The notes under the pieces: generated by a model
What the model saw: only the letters and a program-made list of their open reading frames with translations
Told to the model about the DNA's origin: nothing
The model's database searches: none
Shown here: piece after piece, positions 39,431 to 52,696 of the stretch
How the letters are laid out: each line of letters opens with the position of its first letter
Position numbering within the stretch: the stretch's first letter is position 1
Program-made: the position numbers and the translations under genes
Source of the DNA: Eledone cirrhosa
Taxonomy: Eukaryota
Length of the DNA: 64,000 bases
Assembly (NCBI GenBank): GCA_964016885.1
Contig: OZ024753.1
Coordinates: forward strand, 30,442,001 to 30,506,000
Direction of reading: 5' to 3'

Positions 39431-41189
39431 CTTTTCATTGTACGACAACTACAGGAGAAGTACCTAGCTAAAAGTAAACCCCTATACTTAGCTTTTGTCG
39501 ACTTGGGACTCTGTCGAAGGCTTTCTCCATGTTCCATTATCTGGTGGGCTCTTAGAAAACTAGGTGTTGATGAATGGCTTGTGAGAGCTATACAAGCCAT
39601 GTATAAAGAAACAGTCAGCAAGGTTAGAATTAACAACGAATATAGTGAAGAGTTTAGCGTAAAAGTTGGTGTTCATCAGGGCTCTGTTCTTAGCCCCCTA
39701 CTATTTATTATTGCCCTTCAGGCTATAACAGTGGAGTTCAAGACCGGCTGCCCATGGGAACTCCTATACACAGACGATCTAACGCTCATAGCTGAATCAA
39801 TGGCCGAGCTAGAGAAGAAATTCCAAACATGGAAGCACGGCCTAGAATCAAAAGGCCTTAAAATTAACCTGGCTAAGACTAAAGTTCTAGTTTGTAGGAA
39901 AGAAAATAAGGCACCGGTCCCTTCCGGGAAATAGCCATGCTCAGTGTGTAGGAAAGGCGTAGGTAGAAACTCCATTTTATGTCCCAAATGCAAAGTATGG
40001 GTGCATAAAAGATGTAGTGGGATCACAGGTAAGCTAACTAAGAACATAGATTTTACATGTGGCCGGTGCTCTGGTGCAATAAGTAGCAGCAAGTGCCCAC
40101 AAAATACTAGTTCTTTCAATTGCGCAGAGGGTTCTATAGAAATAGTGGACAGCTTCCGTTACCTGGGTGACAAAATCAGCAGTGGGGGAGGGTGCTCTGA
40201 AAGTACAGTAGCTAGAGTCAGAACTGGATGGAAAAAGTTCAGAGAGCTTATACCACTATTAGCCGCTAAAGGGTTCTCCCTAAAAATGAAAGGCAGGTTG
40301 TATGATGCCTGCATACGAACAGCAATGTTGCATGGCAGTGAGACCTGGGCATTGTGTGCAGAGGATATACGCAGACTAGAGAGGAACGAAGCTTGCATTC
40401 TCCGCTGGATGTGTAATAGTAATATACGTGAACGGCAAAGCATAAACGAACTAAGGGAAAAATTAGAAATAAGAGGGATCAGATGTTGTTTACTCGAGAG
40501 AAGGCTATGTTGGTATGGTCACGTGATGCGCATGAAAGACGACAGCTGTATAAAAAAGTGCAGGGCAATAAAGATAGACGGTAGCCACGGAGTAGGCAGA
40601 CCCAGAAAAACCTGGGACGACCTGATAAATTCCGACCTCACACACTTACACCTCTCCAAGACAATGTCACTGGACCGAGATCTTTGGCGGTACTCAGTAA
40701 TAGAGAAGACCCGCCTTACAAAGTAAAACCTACTACAGTCAGTAGGCATCTCTAACAAAATATCCCCCCCCCCCCCCATCCACACCGCCCCTTTCAATGT
40801 AAAGTTATGTTGGTGCCACAACATCCAGGCTGAAACAAATGAGATCGTGTAGGTGTCACGACAAAAAAAACACACAGTCCACGCTGTAATGTGGCCGTGT
40901 AGGCAACACGGTAAAAACCTCCCAGACCCACACTGTAAATGTGGTTGGTGTTAGGAAGGGCATCCAGCTGTAGAAAACTCGCCAGACAGTCCACGCTGTA
41001 ATGTGGCCGTGTAGGCAACACGGTAAAAACCTCCCAGTCCCACACTGTAAATGTGGTTGGTGTTAGGAAGGGCATCCAGCTGTAGAAAACCCACCAGACA
41101 ACCACTCTTGCCTCAAGTGGGAAAACTCCCATCCAAACCCATGCAAGCGTGGAAGATGGACGTTAAACGATGATGATGATGATGATGAT
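39431..41189 (+). mobile_element. 5'-truncated, inactivated RTE-clade LINE (RT + PHD insert + 3' UTR + (GAT)n tail)
   Basis: RT motifs GVHQGSVLSPLLF and YTDD (YADD mutated), FRYLG. Premature TAG at 39932-39934, 25-bp micro-inversion at 39505-39529, internal 3' UTR duplication at about 40875-41100, GAT-repeat tail. Confidence 0.92.
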
Positions 41190-41654
41190 ATATATATATA
41201 TGGCTTAGTGGTTAGAGTCTCGGGCTTAAAATCCTGCGGTTGTGAGTTCGATTCTTGGATATAAGCAAAACATCTTATTTCATATTGCTCCAGTTTATTC
41301 AGCTGTAGAAATGAGTTAGCCCAGCTTTGGGTTAAATAGCTTAACTAACCCATAATTGGCCAAGTGTGCCTAGTACGGCTACACTCCTGACATGACCGAA
41401 AATATTGGAGGTCAATGAGGGAGGGGTTCCTCCAGTAGGAATGAAAAGGCCCTGAATTGAACTGGATATAAAGAATAAATCGAATTTGTAGCCAACAGTA
41501 GAGCAAATACCAATTGAATTGAGACAGTCACAAAGCACTCCATAGTGCGAAAAATTAATATATTTTTGTCCAGAGTAAACAAAGTTAAGTGTGACTCCAT
41601 GAATAAAACCACTAGGTGTATGTCGCCATAGGTTACAAACAGGTTATACATATA

Positions 41655-43543
41655 TCATCATCATCATCATCATCAACGTTTAACGTCCGTGTTCCACGCT
41701 TGCATGGGTTTGGACGGGGGTAGTCCCACTTGAGGCAAGAGTGATTGTCTTGCTCGCATAGGACTGTCTGGCAGGTTTTCTACTGTTGGATGCCCTTCCT
41801 AACACCAACCACATTTACAGTGTGGGTCTGGGAGGTTTTTACCGTGTTGCCTACACGGCCACATTACAGCGTGGACTGTGTGTTTTTTTGTCGTGACACC
41901 TACACGATCTCATTTGTTTCGGCCTGGATGGCGCGGCACCAACATAACTTTACATAGAACGGGGTGGTGTGGATGGGGTGGGGGTGGTGGTGGTGGGACG
42001 GGGTGTATTTTGTTAGAGATGCCTACTGGCTGGAGTAGGTTTTACTGTATATTTAGGTAAGGCGGGTCTTCTCTGTTATTGAGTACCGCCAAAGGTCTCG
42101 GTCCAGTGACATTGTCTTGGAGAGGTGTAAGTGTGTGAGGTCGGAGTTTATCAGCTCGTCCCAGGTTTTTCTAGGTCTGCCTATTCCGTGACTACCGTCT
42201 ATCTTTATTGCCCTGCACTTTGTTATACAGCTATCGACTTTCATGCGCATCACGTGTCCATACCAACGTAGCCTTCTCTCGAGTAAACAACATCTGATCC
42301 CTCTTATCTCTAATTTTTTCCTTAGTTCGTTTATGCTTTGCCGTTCACGTATATTACTGTTACACATCCAGCGGAGCATGCAAGCTTCGTTCCTCTCTAG
42401 TCTGCGTATATCCTCTGCACACAATGCCCAGGTCTCACTGCCATGCAGCATTGCTGTTCGTATGCAGGCATCGTACAACCTGCCTTTCATTTTTAGGGAG
42501 AACCCTTTAGCAGCTAATAGTGGTATAAGCTCTCTGAACTTTTTCCAACCAGTTCTGACTCTAGCTACAGTACTTTCAGAGCACCCTCCCCCACTGCTGA
42601 TTTTATCGCCCAGGTAACGGAAGCTGTCCACTATTTCTATAGAACCCTCTGCGCAATTGAAAGAGCTAGTATTTTGTGGGCACTTGCTGCTACTTATTGC
42701 ACCAGAACACCGGCCACATGTAAAATCTATGTTCTTAGTTAGCTTACCTGTGATCCCACTACATCTTTTATGCACCCATATTTTGCATTTAGGACATAAA
42801 ATGGAGTTTCTACCTACGCCTTTCCTACACACCGAGCACGACCATTTCCCAGAAGGGACCGCCGCCTTGTTTTCTTTCCTACAAACTAGAACTTTGGTCT
42901 TAGCCAGGTTAATTTTAAGTCCTTTTGACTCTAGGCCGTGCTTCCATGTTTGGAATTTCTTCTCTAGCTCGGCCATTGATTCCGCTATGAGTGTCAGGTC
43001 GTCTGCGTATAGGAGTTCCCATGGGCAGCCTGTCTTGAACTCCTCTGTTATAGCCTGAAGGGCAATAATAAATAGTAGGGGGCTGAGAACAGAGCCCTGA
43101 TGGACGCCAACTTTTACGCTAAACTCTTCACTATATTCGTTGTTAATTCTAACCTTGCTGACTGTTTCTTTATACATGGCTTGTATAGCCCTCACAAGCC
43201 ATTCGTCAACGCCTAGTTTTCTAAGAGTCCACCAGATAATGGAGCGGGGGACTCTGTCGAAGGCTTTCTCCAAGTCGACAAAAGCTAAGTAGAGGGGTTT
43301 ACCTTTAGCTAGGTACTTCTCCTGTAGTTGTCGTACTATGAAAAGAGCGTCTGTGGTACTTTTGCCTGACACAAACCCGAACTGCATTTCATCTAGGTCA
43401 ATTCTCTCTCTGATTAGTTGCGCTATTACTTTTTCCGTGACCTTCATGACCTGGTCGATTAATTTAATGCCTTTATAGTTACTCCTATCTAGGGCGTCTC
43501 CTTTACCCTTATAACAGTTAACGATGATGCTGCTATGCCAGTA
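41655..43543 (-). mobile_element. 5'-truncated RTE-clade LINE with an open RT frame (ORF 42053-43546)
   Basis: KGKGDALDRSNYKGI, QFGF, AFVDLEKAFD, GVHQGSVLSP, YADD, FRYLG, RRLRWYGHVMRM, GRPRKTW. (ATC)n tail on the plus strand at about 41655-41675. No endonuclease domain (truncated). Confidence 0.95.
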
Positions 43544-44756
43544 CAAGCAGGGAAAAGCGGACGTAAAATGATGATGATATATATATATTCATACATATAT
43601 ATATGTAATACATATACACATTCATATATATAATATACACATATATATTTTAAACAGACGCAGAAATGATGATACATAGAGATATACACACACACATATA
43701 CACTCACTCACAAAGAAAGATACTTTAGAAACAACTTTTCTTTTTACTCCTTTTTTTCAATGTAACTAACTTTATATATTACACCATCCTACTTGCCATA
43801 ACACAGAAAAATAACAATTTTCGCCTGATTGCCTCGCTTCAATGTTTGCTTCTTGAGATTCAGAAAGAAATGGAGTTAAGATGAAAAAAATGTTTTCAGG
43901 CAGTGCAATTTGTCACTATATTGGTTCAGTTGCCAAAGTGGGAAATTTTCTTGTGTATTGTTGCAATCAGGAAACAGAGTGAATTGAAAAGCAATTAACA
44001 AAAAAATAAACTAAACTAATAATAATAATAGTAATAATAATGCTTTCTGATTTAGGCACAAGGCCAATAATAATAATAATAATAATAATGTTTCTACTTT
44101 TGGCACAACGCCAGCAATTACCCCAGTGCATTACTGGTGCTTTATTTTATCGACCCCTGTAAGGACGAAAGTCAAAGTTAACCTCAGCAGGATTTGAACT
44201 GAGAACGCAAAGGCCTATAACTGTATGCTGCAAAGTATGATGCCTGACGCTCTATCGATTCAGCCAATCCATAATAATAATTGTTTCTACCATTGGCACA
44301 AGGCCAGCATTACCCAGTAGATTACTGGTACTTTATTTTATCGACCCCGTAAGGATGAAAGGCAAAGTCAACCTCGGCGAGATAATGATAAATAAATAGA
44401 AATAAAAAAGCAAGAATGAAATAAATAAATTGATATGAAGTTTGAGCTGTAGCATGGCCAAAACTGAATTACTGAAATCTGTAAAAGAATGAAAGTATGA
44501 AGAAATGTAACAAACGTCCTTTTAAGCAATTACTAACAAGATGAATAGCCAAGAAAATTGATGTGATTCCCCTAGTTTGGCACACTGAAGACTTTTTCTA
44601 CAGCTATTTTCTGTATGTGTAACTGTATAATTCTGTGTGCATATACTGTTATGTGTATGTGTGTGTGTGTATATACTGTTCTGTGTATGTGTAAGTCTGT
44701 ATGTATAGTTCTGTGTGTGTATATATACTGTTCTGTGTATGTGTAACTCTGTATAG

Positions 44757-44790
<34 letters not shown>

Positions 44791-45221
44791 GAAGGCGCAT
44801 GGCTTAGTGGTTAGAGCATTGGGCTTGCAATCGAAAGGTTGTGAGTTCAATTCTCGGACTGGGTGATGTGTTGTTTCCTTGAGCAAGACACTTTATTTCA
44901 CGTTGCTCCAGTTTACTCAGCTGTAGAAATGAGATGATAGGACTGGGGCCCCTATCATTCCACTGCAAAGTGGTCGTGGAGGTGCCACGGCAAAAAAAGC
45001 ACCCAGCCCACACTGTAAAGTGGACGTGTAGGTGCCACGGAAAAAAAGCACCCAGCCCACACTGTAAATGAGGTTAATGTTAGGAAGGGCATCCAGCTGT
45101 AGAAATCAAGCCAGAATCAGTTCCCATATGAGCAAGACAAGGTCAGCCAACATTGCCCACAACAGGACAGCCCGTCTAACCCATGCTAGCGTGGAAGAAT
45201 GGACGTAAAACGGTGATGATG
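44791..45221 (+). mobile_element. tRNA-derived SINE carrying most of the RTE 3' UTR
   Basis: Same head as the 9901 copy; 44970-45221 closely matches the RTE 3' UTR at 52432-52690. Confidence 0.88.
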
Positions 45222-46847
45222 TGTGTCAATGGAAAATTGTACAACTATTTTGTGTATGTGTAACACTGAGTATGTGTTTTTGTGTATATATACGCATGTG
45301 TCAATAGTGGAAAATTAATCATCTTGTAATAAGTACCAATAATATGTTTTTGATTTAGGCACAAGGCCTACAATTTTGACAGAGGTGGGGAAAGTCAATT
45401 CAATCAACCCCAGTGCATTACTGGTACTTCGTTTTATTTGCCCCCATATATATGTATATCTATATGTGTGTGTGTCTGTGTATGTATTACATAACATCTG
45501 TTATGCACATTCCAAAGGAATCGGACTCTGATTACATAATGTTACATGAATCTTATGCGTTCTTATCAGATGTGATCCTTGTATCACAGAAGCCATGGAA
45601 ATTATTAATCTTGGGCTCAAATAATCAATATGTGGACTGAATTCTTTAACACAGAAATCATCGAAGAATTTTGCAAGAATCTATAGCTAGTATCTACCTC
45701 CTACCAACCCCATGAATTGCCATTCCATCAAGCTAGATATACATAAAATTCATGTAGCTAATCCATATGTCATTCATTCATCTGTATAATCAATTAGATC
45801 CCATAAGCATTTCAATCTAATTTCCAGCTTTGCAGCATTAGCTGTGCAGGCAGTGACATTTGTTTATGTCCTACTTAAACAACCTGTCCTTGGCTGAGTA
45901 GTCCAACATGTAAAGATCAGTATCTTGTAATGGCTGGCATCATAAAAGGCATCTGGCTGTAGAATTCTGTCACAAAACAAGTGTTGAACAATTTAAGCTA
46001 GTGTTAGGATTGGCCATAAAAATAATAATGATTTATAGCTTTCCATTAAAATCAATTATCTCTTAGTTGAAGAATCGAAAAAGTTTCATTTATTGATAAA
46101 AATCCCTCACCTGAACTTTATACGATATGTTTTGAGAGAAACTATATTTTCTGATAACCATATGCCGTGTTAGTATATCTTATTGTGCACAATAAATTTG
46201 ATAAAACTCTTAGTGGAGATTGACACATTCTTACTGTGTTGAGGGTGTGGGGGTGTGAAATCTTCCATTATTTTCTGTTGAAACATTTTCTCTTACTATT
46301 CATAACCAGCTGTGGAATCAGACATCTCATTTATTCGCTTCTTTAAAATTCCTTCCTTCTAATTATAGCATAGGTGCTAGATGAAATTTTTATGATTTCT
46401 TTGTTTTTCTCCAACCCTTAAGGGCATGGGAATTTCTCTAATTCTTTGCCATCTCCTCTTTCAGAACAATCTCGTCAGCTTTCAGACATCTCTTGCTTGT
46501 AAGAATTTTATTATGGCTACCTTATCAAGAAGATTGGCTATCATTATAAAAAGTATTAGCCATAGATTATCTTCTTATTCATTTTCACTATCATTATCCT
46601 GGTTGTCATTGTCAGCATTAACAATATCACCATCACCATCATCATCACCATCATCTGAATCAGAACCAATGCTTCTCCCATCATCAATTTTCACGATGAA
46701 GATTTAATTCTTCACCACACTAAACTTCTTTATGAAGACATAACTCGATACATATTCACTTAGATAGAGATGTATTGATGTAAACATATGCTGTTTATAA
46801 GATATAACTACATACTTATGTGTGAGTGTGTAAGTATATATAAATAT

Positions 46848-47186
46848 GGAGGTGCATGGCTTAGTGGTTAGAGCATTGGCCTTGCAATCGAAAGGTTGTG
46901 AGTTCAATTCTCAGACCGGGTGATGTGTTGTTTCCTTGAGCAAGACACTTTATTTCACATTGTTCCAGTTTACTCAGCTGTAGAAATGAGATGATAGGGA
47001 CTGGGGTCCCTATCATTCCACTGTAAAGTGGTCGTGGAGGTGCCACGGCAAAAAAGCACCCAGCACTCACTGTAAATGAGGTTGGTGTTAGGAAGGGCAT
47101 CCAGCTGTAGAAATTAAGCCAGAATCAGTTCCCGTCTCACCCTTGCAAGCAGGGAAAAAGCGGACGTAAAATGAAATGATGATGAT
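46848..47186 (+). mobile_element. tRNA-derived SINE with RTE-derived 3' tail
   Basis: Near-identical to 9901-10246. Confidence 0.88.
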
Positions 47187-48049
47187 ATATATATATATTA
47201 TACTATTGAAAGGTTATTTTGTTGAAAACAGACAAGAACCACAATTAAAGTAAGACATCCAATACACCAAATAGAAAAGATACATAAATTTATCAAAAAG
47301 TGACTCTTACATGACTAGTTCTGTTTCAAAATTAGTCATATAAAAGTTGTTTTCCAATAAATTAACATACATACATTTCAGAGGAACATAGATCCTTGAA
47401 GAAGCAACATCATCATCATCCTTTAATGTCCAATTTTCCATGCTTGCATGGGTCAGACGACACTGTAAATATGGCTGGATGCCCTTCCTTACACCAACCA
47501 CATTTACAGAAGATACGATTTGACAGTGAGCTAGTCATATAGCAGAAAGTCAAGCCAATTGTTCAACCTGCTAGAAATAGCAGTTGAATCTCCTGTAAAT
47601 CACCCAACCTACTATCTTTGGAAAGGATTGGACTATGCAGGAAAATGATGGTCACAGCTGGACTGCCTTTAACCATAGGTCTGCTCAATCCAAGATGAGT
47701 TGAGAGAGAAACTGTGTATAAGAGGGATAAACTGTAGTGTGTGGGAGAGAAAAGGCGCATGGAGGATGACCGCTGGGTAAAGAAGTGCCAAGAAATCCCA
47801 GTAGAAGGAAGACGCAGTAAGGGAAGACCACAGAAATCATGAGCGGAGGTGGTGAGAGCAGTCCTCAGATCGCTGAATCTCATGGAGATGATGAAGGACC
47901 ATGTCGATGCTATGCTGAATAAGACCCGCCCCACCCTTTCAAACAGGGAAAAGCGGACGTAAAATGATGATGATTAATAATGATTTCTAGTATAGGCACA
48001 AGGCTAGCAATTTGGGGGAGGGGAAAGTCGATTAAATCGATTCCAGTTT

Positions 48050-48450
48050 CAAATTATCCATAAAACAACAGGTAGTTTACTTTGATGTATTAAAGTTATT
48101 GCTTAATGATGGTGAGAATGTGGGTTCCAGTTACAACACCTGTAAATTTTGTACCACTTACCCATTGTGTGTTCTAAGGAGTTTGGCATCCAACAGACTT
48201 CATGACAAGGAATATGATAATCTTTATGAACTTTATAAAGTTATCTGCACACTATCAGTTACCCAAGTCCAATGTGAGAGGAGATTTTCAAATCTAAAGA
48301 TCATAAAGACAAGGTTAAGTAATTCGCTATCTGAGGAGAACTTGGAATCATACGTTGCTATCCATTGAAAAGGAATTGTTATATGAATTGGATGCAGAAG
48401 CAATTATTGATATATCTGCACAATCATCCAGTGAACTCAAATGATTGCTC
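48050..48450 (+). pseudogene. hAT transposase C-terminal dimerisation-domain fragment
   Basis: YDNLYELYKVICTLSVTQVQCERRFSNLKIIKTRLSNSLSEENLE matches the hATC pattern (ERxFSxLKxIKxRLR). Frameshifted afterwards. Confidence 0.8.
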
Positions 48451-50766
48451 TTAATATAGTGGACTGATTGTGATACACTTTTGAACTATTTGTGCAGTAC
48501 AAGTAAACTATTTAAAATATTTTTAAATTGGTATATGTATAACATACTGTTATTTTTAAAAATGTATAAGTACATTATAAAAACAGTAATGGCAAGAGCA
48601 GGGGAAAATGAATAATAGAAGGATGTAAAATATTAAAAGTAGAAGAAATCAAAACCATGAAAGAAATCTCCTTTGTAAAGAGCAAACAAACAAATGATGT
48701 ATATGTATGAAGATATGATATTGACTGCATTGCCGTGATTTTTATAAGAAAACAAAGTTATAGATTTATAAGAATTTATTTTCAGTTTGGTTAAAACTTT
48801 TCAATAAAATCGGAAAGTGCAGCGATAGAAGATAAATAAAACTTCAAAATAATTATAATATCCGACATTGCTTTGAGAATAATAGTGTAAAATTGTGACA
48901 CTGGTTTCGGGATTTCATGTTACCCTTGCCCTCTTGCCCCCACGGTCATTTGATGTTCAGATTAAAGAGAGGTGAGGAGTAAATTTATTGTTTTATTTAT
49001 TTACAAACAAAGAACAAGATACCCGGAAAGAAATTAAAAAATTTGCCGTCATTAAGAAAATAAAGTTGAGCCATTACCCCTCCCTTGAGCCAACAGTGGA
49101 GGTAAATAATTTGACGATTTAGAGACATCAGTTCCTTAAATTTCTCCAGCCCCCGAAATCTCAAGAATTAGATTTAATTAATCGCAAAAATGGGTGAAAA
49201 AAGTTTCAGTACAAAGATATGGTAATTGTCTGCATTGCCGTGATTTTTTATAAGAAAACATATTTATAGGAATTTATTTTCAGTTTGGTTAAAACTTTTC
49301 AAAATGACAGTATTCCACAATTATTTGTATAATATATACACTATAATTAGTAAAAAAAAAAAGTATACATTTTTTTCCGCAGAAATTTGATTGCACTTTT
49401 TTGTTTCCAATTATGTATTTTTTGAAAATGTTGTTTATTCGTTATAAAAATTAAATGATAGCATTCTATATATGGCATTATCTCCTGGCAACTAATATCT
49501 TTAGACCCAGTTCTCCAGGCATGGAATTTGGTGTTACAAAATGTGCCGTTGTTAACATAGATCTAGCCATACTAGAAATTGATGAGATTTTGGGACCAAT
49601 GAAAGATATAGTAAAAAACATGTCTACACAGGCAAAACATTGTCCTTTAAACCTTTAACATTTAAATTGGCCATATTCGGCTAGAGTTCTCTCACCTCTT
49701 TATGTCCAAAACAGCCGTAACTGGCTGCTCATATTGATGGGTATTGTTTAAGGTATTGTTCTCAAAATGAATAATATCAAAATCGTTGGATAATTATGTG
49801 AAAATTACTGTGAAAATACAATAATCCAAATTCCATGCAAGAAACTTGATTGCCATTTCTATAATTTGTTGTTTAAACTCTACTAATGTATTGAGTACCT
49901 TACTTACTGTGGTTACCCCCGATTGAACCCGAGACTCAAACACACATACACACATATATTGGTAATAATGTTTCTACTTTTGGTACAAAGCCAGCAATCA
50001 CCCCAGTGCATATCTGGTATCTGGTACTTTATTTTATCGATCCCGTCAGGATGAAAGGCAAAGTTAACCTCGGTGGGGATTTGAACTCAGATCGTAAAGG
50101 CCCGTAACTCTATGCTGCAAATCCATAATAATAATTTGGAAGGAGTTAAAAGCATAGCTGTAATACAGTGCAAAGTAAGCTTTTGCAAATATTTTACAAA
50201 ATTCTGAAGAAAAGCATCTAAATGTAACAACACAAGAACAACAACAAAAGCAGAAACAAGTTTGAACAATATGACAGAAAAATGCTATTAAAAACGTTTT
50301 AACAATACTATTAACACAAAAGAGTACTTATTGATTTAGAATAGTGTGCATGCAATAGGGAATAAGAGAGAAGACAGTTCTAGAGTATGTAGAATGGTAG
50401 CAGACATCATATTGTGTCATTATCAAGATTTTTGATAAAGTTCACTTGAGGAGCAAACTTTAGATAGAAGGAGAAATATCTTCAGAACAATGTCAGAGGA
50501 TTTCTTGCCAACTAATATAATCTTAATTCCATTTCACAATTTCTAAAAAGTATCACGCACTAATTTGTTAAAGATTTGGCACATGAATATGTTTTATCAT
50601 TACCAATGTTCTGAGTTCAAATCTCACCAGGTTAACTTTGACTTTCATTCTTACGGGGTCGATAAAATAAAGTACCAGTAATGCACTGAGTAATTGGTGG
50701 CCTTGTGCCAAAAGTAGAAACAATTATTATTATACATACAAAACGTGGTCTTAGGAAAAACAGGAA

Positions 50767-50817
<51 letters not shown>

Positions 50818-50932
50818 GGAACGAGTAGGACCCCCGACGGCTGAGCTCAAGCCGTTTCGACGGCTAATTCTGGACGCAATTATGGTCCACCTGGTTCCTT
50901 ACCACATTTCCTTCGTTATATATATATATATA

Positions 50933-52696
50933 GAAGGTAAAGGCGATGCACTAGATATATATACTAGATATATATACAAAGGTAAAGGCGATGCACTAGA
51001 TAGAGGAAACTATAGAGGTATAAAGTTGATGGACCAGGTCATGAAAGTAACAGAAAGAGTTATAGCACAGCTGATTAGGGACCGGGTGAATATAGACGAG
51101 ATGCAATTTGGGTTTGTTCCAGGGAAAGGCACCACTGATGCGCTCTTCCTTGTGAGGCAATTACAGGAAAAGTACCTAGCTAAAAGTAAGCCACTCTACT
51201 TGGCATTTGTCGACCTTGAGAAAGCCTTTGACAGAGTTCCACGTGCAGTAATCTGGTGGGCTCTTAGAAAACTAGGAGTAGATGAATGGCTTGTGAAAGC
51301 GGTACAAGCCATGTATAGGGGAGCAGTCAGCAAAGTTAGGATTGGCAATGAGTATAGCGAGGAATTTAGCGTACAGGTTGGGGTCCACCAGGGCTCTGTT
51401 CTTAGCCCTCTCCTGTTCATCATAGTCCTGCAGGCAATAACGGAGGAGTTTAAGACCGGATGCCCATGGGAACTCCTGTATGCTGATGACCTCGCACTCA
51501 TAGCTGAATCTATGGTAGAACTAGAGAATAAATTCCAAACCTGGAAGCAGGGACTAGAGAGAAAGGGCCTCAAAGTCAACATGACAAAGACTAAGGTCCT
51601 TATAAGTAGACGAGAAAACAGAACCCAGATCCCCTCAGGGAAATGGCCTTGCTCAGTATGTAGGAAAGGTGTAGGTAGGAACTCCATTCTTTGCCCCAAA
51701 TGCAAACAATGGGTACACAAGAGATGTAGCGGGATCTCAGGAAGCTTAATTAAGAATGTAGGATTCACAAGTACCACCAATCTCTGGGAGGGCCCTGTAG
51801 AAACAGTAGACAGCTTCTGCTACCTAGGTGACCGAATTAGCAACGGAGGTGGGTGCTCAGAAAGTACAATAACTAGGGTAAGAACGGGATGGAAGAAGTT
51901 TAGGGAACTACTACCACTGCTAGCTGCAAAAGGCTTCTCCCTCAGAATGAAAGGCAGACTGTATGATGCGTGTATCCGAACAGCGATGTTGCATGGTAGT
52001 GAGACCTGGGCGCTGAAGGTGGAAGACTTACGTAGATTAGAGAGAAACGAAGCCTGCATGCTCCGATGGATGTGTAACAGTAATATACGTGAACGACAAA
52101 GCATAAATGAATTGAGAGAGAGACTGAGCATAAGAGGAATCAAATGCTGCGTGCAGGAGAGGCGGTTACGCTGGTATGGACATGTGATGCGTATGAAGGA
52201 TGACAGCTGCATAAAAAGGTGCAGAGCACTAGAAGTTGATGGAAACCGCGGAGTGGGGAGACCCAAGATGACTTGGGATGAGGTGATAAGAGCCGACCTT
52301 ACCCAACTACACCTCTCAAAGTCAATGACACACGACCGTGACTTCTGGCGTCACGCAGTAATACAGGGTACCCGACCTCCCATGGGTACATGCTGAAGCA
52401 TATAAACAATATGCCCCCCCCCCACCGCAAGGTGGTCGTGGAGGTGCCACGGCAAAAAAGCACCCAGCCCACACTGTAAAGTGGACGTGTAGGCGCCACG
52501 AAAAAGCACCCAGCACTCACTGTAAATGAGGTTGGTGTTAGGAAGGGCATCCAGCTGTAGAAATCAAGCCAGATCAGTTCCTGTATGAGCAAGGCATGGT
52601 CAGCCGACCAGACACTGCCCACAACAGGACAACCCGTCTAACCCATGCTAGCGTGGAAGAACGGACGTAAAACGGTGATGATGATGATGATGATGA
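50933..52696 (+). mobile_element. 5'-truncated RTE-clade LINE, second subfamily
   Basis: Same RT motifs (YADD, FCYLG, RRLRWYGHVMRM) with clearly diverged sequence. Duplicated 5' junction (AAGGTAAAGGCGATGCACTAGAT twice). 3' UTR and (GAT)n tail. Confidence 0.95.

Noticed and set aside
50882-50932. N-terminus of the 504-aa ORF as a real RTE start
   Set aside because: The ATG and first codons come from flanking sequence and (TA)n. The element is 5'-truncated and lacks the endonuclease, so it is not autonomous.
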